A stretch of DNA of 32,000 bases from Candidatus Scalindua sp. (GTDB lineage: Bacteria > Planctomycetota > Brocadiia > Brocadiales > Scalinduaceae). The notes beneath the pieces are model-generated. The model did not search any database. It had not been told where the DNA came from and saw nothing but the letters and a program-made list of their open reading frames with translations. Below are positions 9,162-18,567 of this stretch, in pieces (positions within the stretch are counted from its first letter, which is position 1; every line of letters begins with the position of its first letter). The stretch is from positions 1,410,001 through 1,442,000 of the forward strand of contig JALDRA010000001.1 in the NCBI GenBank assembly GCA_031316235.1. The letters run 5' to 3'. Made by a program: the position numbers and the translations under genes.

Positions 9162-9417
9162 ATCAGATGACACTGCTTCTTTCATTGTTGTCACGCTGGC
9201 AGTAAATATAAAATATATTTTTCCTATACCCTCGTTTTTTTAATTCTTTTCATCACATGTTGTTAAACCATAGAGAAGCTTTTCATTTCACAGAAAACCA
9301 CCCCGGGAAAGTGGCGGCTTTATTCAACAGATATGCTGTTCGGCATTAATTTTGCGGACTTACTGACCAGTCTTATGATTATTTCATTTTACAGTCCAAA
9401 GAAGGAGGTTTTTAAGG

Positions 9418-11058
9418 ATGAGTGATAAGAAAAAAATTGTGTATGATCTGGATGCATTCGAGGCACTGAAAAAAGGCATTGGCCAGCTTGCCTCGGCAGT
9501 CAAGATAACGTTGGGCCCGAGGGGAAGAAACGTAATATTGCAAAAAAGTTTCGGGTCGCCAACGATAACAAAAGACGGAGTAACCGTTGCAAAAGAGATT
9601 GAGCTGGAGGACCCTATACAGAACATAGGAGCCCAAATGGTAAAATCCGTTGCATCAAAGACAAGCGATGTCGCCGGCGACGGCACCACTACAGCTACCG
9701 TACTGGCAGAATCCATATTTCTTGAGGGATTGAAGAATGTTGTTGCCGGGGCCGATGCCATGGCGATTAAGCGCGGCATTGAAAAAGCGGTAAGTAAAGT
9801 AGTAGAAGTACTGCAGGCTACGAGTATTCCCGTAAAAGGCAGAAAAGAGATAGAGCAGGTAGGAACCGTTTCAGCAAATCATGACGCAGAAATCGGAAAG
9901 ATTATTGCTGATGCAATGGAAAAGGTAGGAAAAGATGGAGTTATTACGGTTGAAGAGGGAAAAAGCCTGGAAACTGATTCAAAATGGATTGAAGGTTTAC
10001 AGTTTGATAAAGGGTACCTTTCACCCTATTTCGTAACAAACCCATCAAAGATGCAGGTTGTGCTTGACGATCCTTATATCCTGATCCATGAAAAAAAGAT
10101 CTCTTCAGCGAAAAGTATACTATCAATTCTTGAAAAGGTGGCACAAAAAGGTAAACCGTTGCTGATAATTGCCGAGGACATTGAGGGCGAGGCATTAACA
10201 CTCCTGGTAGTAAATAAACTCCGCGGAACAATCAAATGTGCGGCGGTAAAAGCTCCAGGATTTGGTGACAGAAGAAAGTCAATGCTGGACGATATTGCAA
10301 TCCTCACCGGTGGGCAGGCGATATTTGAAGATCTTGGCATTACTATGGAAGGATTAGAGCTGAAGGATCTGGGAAGCGCAAAGAAAATTGAGATTGATAA
10401 AGACAATACAACCATTATCGATGGCGCTGGTACCAATGAAGCGATACAGTCAAGGATAGGACAGATTCGCAACGAGATAAAGGCTGCAACTTCTGATTAC
10501 GATCGCGAGAAACTGGAAGAGAGACTCGCAAAGTTGACTGGGGGTGTTGCACTTATTAACGTCGGGGCTGCAACCGAAAGCGAAATGAAGGAAAAAAAAG
10601 CAAGGGTTGAAGATGCGTTGCATGCAACCAGGGCAGCTGTCGAGGAAGGTATCCTGCCGGGTGGAGGTGTAGCGTATCTCCGCGCAGTTGAAAAATTGAA
10701 AACACTTAAACTGCAGGGAGATGAAGCAATTGGTGTTGACATTGTCCGAAGGGCTCTATCAGCACCTTTAAGGCAAATCGCCATGAATGCCGGTGCTAAC
10801 GCAGAAATTATCGTTGAAAAGGTCATTGAAGCAAAAGGAAATGATGGCTACGATGCCGCCCTTGATAGATATTGCGACATGGTAAAAGAAGGAATAGTCG
10901 ACCCAACAAAGGTTGTAAGATCTGCACTTCAAAATGCAGCAAGTATTGCCTCACTTTTATTGACCACTGATGCAATAATTGCAAGAGTGCCTGAAAAGAA
11001 AAAGACGCCGGCTATGCCTCCAGGTGGCGGGTATGGCGGATATGGTGACATGTACTGA
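9418..11058 (+). CDS. groEL: Chaperonin GroEL (Cpn60), not preceded by groES
   Basis: 546 aa with strong SD AAGGAGG. Motifs [21 protein letters not shown] and the equatorial/apical pattern are present. The C-terminal tail is [13 protein letters not shown]. Confidence 0.96.
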   Translation: MSDKKKIVYDLDAFEALKKGIGQLASAVKITLGPRGRNVILQKSFGSPTITKDGVTVAKEIELEDPIQNIGAQMVKSVASKTSDVAGDGTTTATVLAESIFLEGLKNVVAGADAMAIKRGIEKAVSKVVEVLQATSIPVKGRKEIEQVGTVSANHDAEIGKIIADAMEKVGKDGVITVEEGKSLETDSKWIEGLQFDKGYLSPYFVTNPSKMQVVLDDPYILIHEKKISSAKSILSILEKVAQKGKPLLIIAEDIEGEALTLLVVNKLRGTIKCAAVKAPGFGDRRKSMLDDIAILTGGQAIFEDLGITMEGLELKDLGSAKKIEIDKDNTTIIDGAGTNEAIQSRIGQIRNEIKAATSDYDREKLEERLAKLTGGVALINVGAATESEMKEKKARVEDALHATRAAVEEGILPGGGVAYLRAVEKLKTLKLQGDEAIGVDIVRRALSAPLRQIAMNAGANAEIIVEKVIEAKGNDGYDAALDRYCDMVKEGIVDPTKVVRSALQNAASIASLLLTTDAIIARVPEKKKTPAMPPGGGYGGYGDMY

Positions 11059-11102
11059 GAACTTTTTTTCATAGTAGCAGAACCGGGAGTAAGATATAAG
11101 AG

Positions 11103-11140
11103 AAAAGCCGATCTTATTAATTTAAGAATCGGCTTTTTTT
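11103..11140 (+). terminator. Rho-independent terminator of groEL
   Basis: AAAAGCCGATCTTA-ttaattt-TAAGAATCGGCTTTT stem (one bulged base) followed by a T7 run, about 45 nt after the groEL stop. Confidence 0.8.
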
Positions 11141-11141
11141 A

Positions 11142-11170
11142 TTGAATGAAATTTACAAACCTGATATATT
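11142..11170 (+). promoter_or_regulatory. Sigma70-like promoter TTGAAT-N17-TATATT for hsp20
   Basis: -35 TTGAAT (11142-11147), a 17-nt spacer and -10 TATATT (11165-11170), immediately after the groEL terminator. This implies a ~250-nt leader before hsp20. Confidence 0.45.
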
Positions 11171-11210
11171 TGTCTCTTAATTGGACCAAAATATCCGTTT
11201 CGCCGGGGTT

Positions 11211-11333
11211 CAGAATAAAATTACCTGGTATTCTGTCGCACGCAGTTTCAGGTCAGGTCTGTCTGCTACATGATCGAGATGCGCTCCGGCCCGGACCACA
11301 CCGGGTAGTCAGCGAGTGAAGAGCAGACAAAGA
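11211..11333 (+). promoter_or_regulatory. GC-rich nested hairpins in the hsp20 leader
   Basis: H1 is CAGAATA(11211-17)/TATTCTG(11229-35). H2 outer stem is GTCTGCT(11261-67)/AGCAGAC(11322-28), enclosing GCGC/GCGC-type pairing and CCCGG(11290-94)/CCGGG(11301-05). Confidence 0.4.
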
Positions 11334-11423
11334 TGGCGTGAAAATAAAATCTCTGCCAGGATGACAACTGATCTTTTCCTGAATCCTTAACTGAAATTTC
11401 ATCTATATAGAAAAGGGAATACC

Positions 11424-11873
11424 ATGACCTTCATGACCGACAAACTGACTCGCGAATTTATGGCAAAACACGGCAGCATTGAAAAGCTTTTTGAAGAATT
11501 CTTTTTTATGAACAAGAGTTATGATATTGCATCATCAACCCCATGGCAACCTCCTACCGATGTATACGAGACAGAAAAAGATATTATTATAAAAATGGCT
11601 GTCTCAGGAGTGCGGCCCGAAGATATTTCAGTCGTTTTTTCTGATTACATTCTTACCGTAAGTGGAAAAAGGAATGAACACTCTGACCATCAAAAGATAT
11701 GTTTTTACCAGGTCGAGATCAGATATGGGTATTTCGAAAGAAAAATAAAGATCCCAAAGTATGTAGATGCCAGCAATATCCAGGCAACATATGAAGATGG
11801 ATTCCTTGTGATTGTTACACCCAAGGCTGAAAAAGATCTTACTTCCACAATATCGATCAAGATTTCCTATTAA
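11424..11873 (+). CDS. Small heat-shock protein (Hsp20/alpha-crystallin family)
   Basis: 149 aa with an alpha-crystallin domain pattern (WQPPTDVYETEKDIIIKMAVSGVRPEDISV...ILTVSGKR...GYFERKIKIP...A.YEDGFLVI). Confidence 0.9.
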   Translation: MTFMTDKLTREFMAKHGSIEKLFEEFFFMNKSYDIASSTPWQPPTDVYETEKDIIIKMAVSGVRPEDISVVFSDYILTVSGKRNEHSDHQKICFYQVEIRYGYFERKIKIPKYVDASNIQATYEDGFLVIVTPKAEKDLTSTISIKISY

Positions 11874-11981
11874 AAACCCGGGTACTTCGTGTCGACACCC
11901 GTCCCTGACCCGTCCATTCGGGCTGAGGCTCTGTTTGCGCTAGCTACCAGCACCTTTTAAGATCACGGAAAATTATTACCT

Positions 11982-14408
11982 ATGAAAAAAGATCCTGCTG
12001 AACCAAAGGAAGAATTGCTGCCTGACAAAGCAAAGGCTCCTGATTCTTTCAAACCCGAATCCATGGAGGTACCAGAGGAAATACCTGTGTTAAGCCTTAA
12101 GGATGTAGTGGTTTTTCCTCAAATGGTTACGGCCCTGGGCGTCTCAACAGAAAAAGAGCTTAAACTCCTGGATACTGTTTTAGCAGCAAACAGGTTTGTG
12201 GTACTTCTTGCCCAGAAAGATCCCAATAAAGAAAAACTGGAAACTTCGGATCTCTATGAATTTGGTACAGCCTCCGTAGTTTTGCAGATGTTAAGGATGC
12301 CGGATAATACTGCGAAGATGTTAGTGCAGGGAGTGGCAAGGGTACACATCGAGGAGTTTACCGAAACTGATCCCTTTTTTAAAGCGAAGGTCAAGGTGAC
12401 ATCAGACGTCCTCAATAAAGTAGATGTTGAGATTGGGGCGTTGGCAACAAATGCAAAAAACCAATTTACCAAAATGATAACCATTTCTCCTCATTTACCT
12501 GAAGAGTTGAAGATTGTAGTCGTTAACATAGAACCACCGGGCAGGCTTGCAGACTTGATCACCTCACACTTAAACATAAGTGTTCCTGAAAAACAGGAGA
12601 TCCTTGAACTCGTAAACGTGAAAGAAAGATTAAAGAAAGTAAATACTTTTATTAACAATGAACTGCAAGTGCTCGAACTCGCAAGTAAGATCCAGTCACA
12701 GGTAAAAAATGAAATGGAAAAAGGTCAGCGGGAATATTATCTGCGACAACAGCTTAAGGCCATCCATGATGAACTCGGAGAGGGAGATGAGCATGCCGTA
12801 GAGCTGAACGAATTGAGAAAAAAGATCAAGGATGCAAAATTGCCGGAAGAGGCACAGGATGAGGCAGATCGAGAACTTTCACGCCTTTCAAAGATGCATC
12901 CGTCATCAGCTGAATATACCGTTGCACGAACATATTTAGATTGGCTCATCGCACTTCCATGGGCAGTTTCGACCAAGGACAACCTGAATATCTCGATCGC
13001 GAAAAAGGTCCTTGATGAAGACCATTACAATTTAGTAAAGGTGAAGGAGCGAATCCTTGAATACCTGGCAGTCAGGAAACTGAAGAATGATATGAAGGGT
13101 CCGATCCTCTGCTTTGTAGGACCACCGGGAACAGGGAAGACCTCTGTAGGTAAATCAATTGCCAGGGCAATGGGGAGAAAATTTGTGAGAATGTCTCTCG
13201 GGGGCATAAGAGACGAAGCTGAAATCCGTGGTCATCGGCGTACGTATGTTGGTGCACTGCCGGGAAGGATTATCCAGGGCCTGAGGAAGGTCTCTTCAAA
13301 CAACCCTGTCTATATGCTGGACGAGATAGACAAACTTGTATCAGACTTTCACGGAGACCCTTCATCTGCGTTATTGGAAGTACTCGATCCTGAGCAGAAC
13401 TATTCATTCTCTGATCACTATCTTGATGTCCCTTTTGATCTCTCAAGGGTAATGTTTATCACAACAGCCAATGTCCTTGATACCATACCGCCTGCATTAA
13501 AGGACAGGATGGAAGTTCTGGACATGCCTGGCTACACAACAGAAGAAAAGCTGAGTATAGCGAAGCAGTACCTTATCCCGAAACAGTTTGATGCCCATGG
13601 TTTAAAAACAGAAAATTTAAAGATTACGGACGATGCCGTTCAGGTTATAATAAGCGATTATACCAGAGAGGCTGGTTTAAGAAATCTCGAACGTGAGATT
13701 GGGACTGTCTGCAGGAAGATCGCCAAGGAAGTAGCTTCAGGCAAGGAAGGGCCTGTTGAAGTTAATGCGGAAAGGATATACGAATTTCTCGGTCCCGTCA
13801 AGTTCTTCGCGGAAGTAGCGGAAAGAACCTTTGAGTCGGGTGTGGCAACCGGCCTTGCATGGACGCAGGCCGGAGGTGAAATACTCTTTATCGAGTCTAC
13901 GAGGATGACGGGAAGCGGAAAATTAACGTTAACGGGACAACTTGGTGACGTCATGAAGGAATCAGCAGAAGCGGCCATGAGTTATGTCCGTTCAAACACA
14001 AAGACACTGGGTATTTCAATAGGAAATTTTGCAGAGTATGACTATCATATTCATGTCCCCTCAGGTGCCATTCCAAAAGATGGCCCTTCTGCCGGAGTAA
14101 CCATGGCGATCTCCCTGATCTCATTATTCAAGGGTGAGCCGATAAAGCCTTACGTGGCGATGACTGGAGAGATAACATTACGCGGCAGGGTATTACCTGT
14201 CGGAGGGATTAAAGAAAAGGTGCTGGCTGCTAAAAGGGCGGGAATCAACACGATCATACTGCCAAAAAGAAACAAGAACGATTTAGCCGAAGTTCCAGAG
14301 AAGGCAAAGGAAAAATTATCATTTGTATTTGTTGAAAAGGTGGATGACATGATGGACACTGTTTTTGGAACAAAGGATACTCAAAAGGAACCGGGTGCAA
14401 ACAAATGA
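11982..14408 (+). CDS. lon: ATP-dependent protease Lon (LonA)
   Basis: 808 aa with a Lon N-terminal domain, Walker A GPPGTGKTS, catalytic Ser motif PKDGPSAG and Lys in KEKVLAAKRAG. Confidence 0.96.
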   Translation: MKKDPAEPKEELLPDKAKAPDSFKPESMEVPEEIPVLSLKDVVVFPQMVTALGVSTEKELKLLDTVLAANRFVVLLAQKDPNKEKLETSDLYEFGTASVVLQMLRMPDNTAKMLVQGVARVHIEEFTETDPFFKAKVKVTSDVLNKVDVEIGALATNAKNQFTKMITISPHLPEELKIVVVNIEPPGRLADLITSHLNISVPEKQEILELVNVKERLKKVNTFINNELQVLELASKIQSQVKNEMEKGQREYYLRQQLKAIHDELGEGDEHAVELNELRKKIKDAKLPEEAQDEADRELSRLSKMHPSSAEYTVARTYLDWLIALPWAVSTKDNLNISIAKKVLDEDHYNLVKVKERILEYLAVRKLKNDMKGPILCFVGPPGTGKTSVGKSIARAMGRKFVRMSLGGIRDEAEIRGHRRTYVGALPGRIIQGLRKVSSNNPVYMLDEIDKLVSDFHGDPSSALLEVLDPEQNYSFSDHYLDVPFDLSRVMFITTANVLDTIPPALKDRMEVLDMPGYTTEEKLSIAKQYLIPKQFDAHGLKTENLKITDDAVQVIISDYTREAGLRNLEREIGTVCRKIAKEVASGKEGPVEVNAERIYEFLGPVKFFAEVAERTFESGVATGLAWTQAGGEILFIESTRMTGSGKLTLTGQLGDVMKESAEAAMSYVRSNTKTLGISIGNFAEYDYHIHVPSGAIPKDGPSAGVTMAISLISLFKGEPIKPYVAMTGEITLRGRVLPVGGIKEKVLAAKRAGINTIILPKRNKNDLAEVPEKAKEKLSFVFVEKVDDMMDTVFGTKDTQKEPGANK

Positions 14409-15811
14409 AAAAAGCATGGGGAGGCAGATTTACAAAGAAAACTGCCTCATTAGTTGAAACATTTACGGAATCAGTATCTTTTGACCGGAGATTGTATAAA
14501 TATGATATAGAAGGGAGCATTGCACATGCCAGAATGCTGGCACAATGCAGCCTGATTTCGGGCAAAGAGTGTAAGGCCATTATCAAAGGTTTAAAAGGTA
14601 TCCATAAAGAGATCGAATCGGGGACTTTTCAGTTTAAGACAGAACATGAAGATATCCATATGAACATTGAGGCTGCCCTGGTAGATCGAATTGGAGACGT
14701 GGCAAAAAAACTTCATACTGCCAGAAGCAGGAATGATCAGATAGCCCTTGACTTGCGGCTTTGGATTCGAGATCAGATTCAAGACATAATCGAGAGCATT
14801 GTTTCTTTACAACTGGAACTTGTCATACAGGCAAAAGCCTCGGGCAGAAACATACTCCCTGGATTCACCCACCTTCAACATGCACAACCTATCATGGCCG
14901 GGCACTATTTTCTGGCTTACGTTGAAATGTTCGAGAGGGACCGCACACGGCTTGTTGATTGCCGGAAACGCGTTAATGTGTCACCTCTTGGCGCTTGCGC
15001 GTTGGCAGGGACCACCCTTGATATAAATCCTGAAATTACTGCGAAGCTGCTTGGTTTCGATTCGACATTTGAAAATAGCATTGATGCAGTCAGTGACAGG
15101 GATTTTTCTCTTGAATTTGCTTCTGTACTGGCGATTATCTCAGTACATCTCTCTCGATTTTGTGAGGAGTGGATTATCTGGTCAAGTCAGGGATTTGACT
15201 TTCTGGACATCGATGATTCCTACTGTACCGGTTCAAGCATCATGCCTCAAAAGAAAAATCCGGATGTTCTTGAGATCATGAGGGGCAAAAGCGGCCGGGT
15301 ATACGGAAATCTTTTTTCATTACTCACTATTATGAAGGGGTTACCGCTCTCTTACAACAGAGACATGCAGGAAGATAAGGAGGCAATATTTGATTCTTCA
15401 GACACCATCAGGGAGTGCCTGATTATCCTCAAAGAACTCATAAAGAATACCGCATTAAAGTTTGACAACATGGAAAAGAGTTGTGAAAAGGGATTTTTAG
15501 ATGCAACTGGAATAGCAGATTATCTGGTAACGAAAGGGGTTCCGTTCCGGCAGTCGCACGAAATTGTTGGTAAGATAGTGAAGAAATGCAGTGTCAATGG
15601 TATAGCCTTAAAGAATGTCAGCTTAAATGATTTCAAAAAATTTTCACCTCTGATTGATAAAGAGATCTATAAAACAGTTGGTGTATTCAATTATATCAAA
15701 CAGTATAAAAGCCCCGGTTCTACCTCCCCCGCATCAGTACGGAAACAGATAACCGCATGGGAGAGAAAACTTCAAAAGCAGGTACTCAAACAGGAGAAAA
15801 AATTTGTTTAA
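14405..15811 (+). CDS. argH: Argininosuccinate lyase
   Basis: 468 aa starting MKKAWGGRF, with fumarate-lyase signature GSSIMPQKKNP. Its ATG overlaps the lon stop (ATGA). Confidence 0.93.
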   Translation: MKKAWGGRFTKKTASLVETFTESVSFDRRLYKYDIEGSIAHARMLAQCSLISGKECKAIIKGLKGIHKEIESGTFQFKTEHEDIHMNIEAALVDRIGDVAKKLHTARSRNDQIALDLRLWIRDQIQDIIESIVSLQLELVIQAKASGRNILPGFTHLQHAQPIMAGHYFLAYVEMFERDRTRLVDCRKRVNVSPLGACALAGTTLDINPEITAKLLGFDSTFENSIDAVSDRDFSLEFASVLAIISVHLSRFCEEWIIWSSQGFDFLDIDDSYCTGSSIMPQKKNPDVLEIMRGKSGRVYGNLFSLLTIMKGLPLSYNRDMQEDKEAIFDSSDTIRECLIILKELIKNTALKFDNMEKSCEKGFLDATGIADYLVTKGVPFRQSHEIVGKIVKKCSVNGIALKNVSLNDFKKFSPLIDKEIYKTVGVFNYIKQYKSPGSTSPASVRKQITAWERKLQKQVLKQEKKFV

Positions 15812-17108
15812 TTTTTTTCACTATAAAAACAAGGAGCTATTTTGTGAAGACGTAAGCGTCAGTAAAATACTCTCAACAGAAAAGACCCCGGCATATATTT
15901 ACAGTAAAAACTCCATTCTGCAGCATTTTACTGAAATAAGGGAAGCTTTTGCAGAAGCAAGTCCCTTAATATGTTTTTCGGTCAAGTCCAATTCCAATTT
16001 GACAATACTCAAAATCCTGGCAGATGCCGGTGCTGGATTTGACGTTGTTTCCGGTGGTGAACTCTTCCGGATCTTAAGAATCGGTGTATCTCCAGGCAAG
16101 ATAGTTTTTGCAGGTGTAGGCAAGACCCCTGAAGAGATACGATATGCTCTCGAAAACAATATATTCATGTTTAATGTTGAATCTGAATCAGAGCTTGTAA
16201 CGATTAATAAGATTGCAAACAGCTTAAACAAAAAAGCCTGTGTGGCCCTACGTATCAATCCTGACATAGATGCAAAGACACATGCAAAGACTACTACCGG
16301 TAAAAAAGAAAATAAGTTTGGTATAGATTTTGAGATAACCGAAAGAATTATCAACGAAATTGAATCATATAAAAATATAGACTTAAAGGGAGTACATGTG
16401 CACCTCGGCTCGCCAATTTACGATCCAGAGCCTTACGTCCTCGCACTGAAGAAAGTTGACGAGTTTCTTCAAAGACTCACAAAGTTGAAAAAAATGCAGG
16501 GGATTGAATATCTGAATATTGGAGGAGGCTACTGTATATCATATACCGGTGAAGCGGTAAAAAGACCTGCAGATTTTGCCAGAAACATTATCCCCATCAC
16601 GAAAAAATTCAATGCCAGGTTGATCATGGAACCGGGACGTTTTATCGTCGGAAATTCAGGAATTCTGGTAAGCAGGGTAACGTACTCAAAGTCTTCAACC
16701 GGTGGGAAGAAACACGTTATCTGTGATGCTGCCATGAATGATCTTATTCGTCCATCATTATACGATGCTTTCCACCGGATCTGGCCAGTTCACCCTTCTG
16801 TACCAATGCCGGAAATAGAGCTGCCGGGACAAAAACCTGAAACGGGTGGAGATCTGGAACTCGTTGATATCGTAGGACCTGTCTGTGAAAGCAGTGATGT
16901 CTTGGCAAAGGATCGATGGTTTCCTGTGGTCAAAGAAGGGGAGCTGATTGCTGTATTCAGCAGCGGGGCATACGGTTTTACGATGAGTTCTAACTACAAC
17001 TCAAGGCCACGTGCCTGTGAACTGCTCGTAGACGGCTGTAATGTCTCGACTATCAGACGAAGAGAGACTTACGAAGATTTGATTGCCATCGAAGAAGAGT
17101 ATCTGTAA
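15804..17108 (+). CDS. lysA: Diaminopimelate decarboxylase
   Basis: 434 aa group IV PLP decarboxylase (TPAYIYS, CFSVKSN, GGGYCISY, EPGRFIVG, CESSD). A TTG start overlaps the argH end by 8 nt. Confidence 0.9.
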   Translation: MFNFFHYKNKELFCEDVSVSKILSTEKTPAYIYSKNSILQHFTEIREAFAEASPLICFSVKSNSNLTILKILADAGAGFDVVSGGELFRILRIGVSPGKIVFAGVGKTPEEIRYALENNIFMFNVESESELVTINKIANSLNKKACVALRINPDIDAKTHAKTTTGKKENKFGIDFEITERIINEIESYKNIDLKGVHVHLGSPIYDPEPYVLALKKVDEFLQRLTKLKKMQGIEYLNIGGGYCISYTGEAVKRPADFARNIIPITKKFNARLIMEPGRFIVGNSGILVSRVTYSKSSTGGKKHVICDAAMNDLIRPSLYDAFHRIWPVHPSVPMPEIELPGQKPETGGDLELVDIVGPVCESSDVLAKDRWFPVVKEGELIAVFSSGAYGFTMSSNYNSRPRACELLVDGCNVSTIRRRETYEDLIAIEEEYL

Positions 17109-17180
17109 ATAAAAATAGCGGTCATCAAACGGAAACCCTCTTGATTTTGAAACAGCAGAGTACCGTGAACACTCCAGTCA

Positions 17181-18560
17181 CTACCGCCCCCTGCCAAATA
17201 AAACTTCCCGAATGGTCATGAATATGATCAGTAAATCCAGATACCAGGAAAAGTGTTTTACATAATAGAGATCATAATGGAGTTTTTCCCTGCTGTCCTC
17301 AAAGTTATCTCCGTAGGGGTAATTTACCTGCGCCCACCCGGTAAGACCTGGTCTCACGGTATGCCTCAGGTCATAGTAAGGCACCAGCTCTTTCAGCTGG
17401 TTTACAAATACAGGGCGCTCCGGCCTCGGGCCGACCATATCCATATCACCCTTGAATATGTTTATAAACTGCGGAACCTCATCTATCCTGATCTTGCGAA
17501 TAAATACACCTACCCTCGTAATACGGGGATCGTTTTTCCGGGCAAATACCGGGCCGTTTATTATCTCAGCATCCTGACGCATAGATCTGAATTTGAGTAA
17601 ATGAAAGACCCTGTTCCTGCGCCCGACTCTTTCCTGTTGAAAAAATACTGGACCGGGTGATTCAAGCTTAATGGCTGTCGCAACTAAAAGCAGGATAGGT
17701 GAAAGGAACATCAGGAGAAAAAATGAGACAATGATCCCCTGCATTCGCTTGATCGATTTGTGAATGGAAATCTGGAAAAACCCCTCTTCGAACACAAACC
17801 AGCTTGGTTTGAGAAATTCACTCACAATGATTTTACGCTCTACCTTCTCATAAAAAGTAAAACCTTCCTGGATATGTATGTTTTGAACCTTACACTTGAG
17901 AAGTTCATGGACAGGTAATTTTCCACGCCGATCCTGTTGTGTCACAACTATGCTGTCGACAGAATGATCAGAGATGGTCTCCTCTACCTGCTCTCCCAGA
18001 CGCAAAACCGGGATACCGTGAATATCAGTACCCGCCTGACTTTCAAGCGATGTCGCTATACCCACAATCTCATACCCCCTGAACTTCTTTCGCAGTGATT
18101 CCTTAACAATTTTTTTTGCCTGTTCATTTGCACCAAGTATGAGAATCCTTGTCCGGTTTTTCGGCACGGCAAAAAAGAGGAACCAGCGAAAGGTAAACAG
18201 GCAGACGTAAATAATCATAAGAGGCGGCAGAAATCTCCAGTTTATAGAGGAGAGCCCCTTCGTGAAATATCCCAATGTGGCTATAGACGCTAATGCTATG
18301 AAAAATGAGGGAATCATACGTCTCAGAAGATCTACCGGATAGATATACTCGATAAAAGAATAGAGACGGGAAAGGGCTAAGGAAAACACAATAATTGTTG
18401 CAACCACAAGCAGAGAAAGCTGTTTATATAATTCACCGAAACTCAACCATTCAGGAATATCCATTACATGTGAAAAAGCAATCCAATAGATGAGGTAGCC
18501 GGTAATAATATCAGCAACAATAATGGTAATTGCACCAAAGGTTGTACGAACTGAGAACAT
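17181..18560 (-). CDS. Polyprenyl-phosphate glycosyl-phosphotransferase (WbaP/PssY-like priming sugar transferase)
   Basis: C-terminal bacterial sugar transferase domain (PGPVFFQQERVG, KFRSM, DEVPQFINIFKGDMDMVGPRPERP), N-terminal TM helices and a central Rossmann-like segment. I place the start at ATG 18560 (MFSVRTTF...). The longer ORF to 18677 would overlap the upstream cyclase by 110 nt. Confidence 0.88.
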   Translation of the reverse strand: MFSVRTTFGAITIIVADIITGYLIYWIAFSHVMDIPEWLSFGELYKQLSLLVVATIIVFSLALSRLYSFIEYIYPVDLLRRMIPSFFIALASIATLGYFTKGLSSINWRFLPPLMIIYVCLFTFRWFLFFAVPKNRTRILILGANEQAKKIVKESLRKKFRGYEIVGIATSLESQAGTDIHGIPVLRLGEQVEETISDHSVDSIVVTQQDRRGKLPVHELLKCKVQNIHIQEGFTFYEKVERKIIVSEFLKPSWFVFEEGFFQISIHKSIKRMQGIIVSFFLLMFLSPILLLVATAIKLESPGPVFFQQERVGRRNRVFHLLKFRSMRQDAEIINGPVFARKNDPRITRVGVFIRKIRIDEVPQFINIFKGDMDMVGPRPERPVFVNQLKELVPYYDLRHTVRPGLTGWAQVNYPYGDNFEDSREKLHYDLYYVKHFSWYLDLLIIFMTIREVLFGRGR

Positions 18561-18567
18561 AATGAGA

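Noticed and set aside
9196-9202. CTGGCAG upstream of groEL as a sigma-54 -24 element.
   Set aside because: No TTGC/GC -12 element lies at the required spacing; TAAATATAAAA follows instead.
9384-10826. Antisense ORFs inside groEL (9384..9779, 9944..10231, 10074..10472, 10497..10826). Similar shadow ORFs lie opposite clpX, dacB, the histidine kinase, lon, argH, lysA, the sugar transferase, the cyclase, folD and aspA (for example 29369..29704).
   Set aside because: They overlap strongly supported genes on the other strand, have no SD, and show low-complexity or odd composition. These are typical shadow frames.
11249-11259. CAGGTCAGGTC in the hsp20 leader, identical to part of the conserved SRP (4.5S) RNA helix 8 motif.
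   Set aside because: The rest of the SRP domain IV (GGAA tetraloop, GGAAGCAGCC strand) is absent. About 60 nt of unrelated hairpin follow instead.
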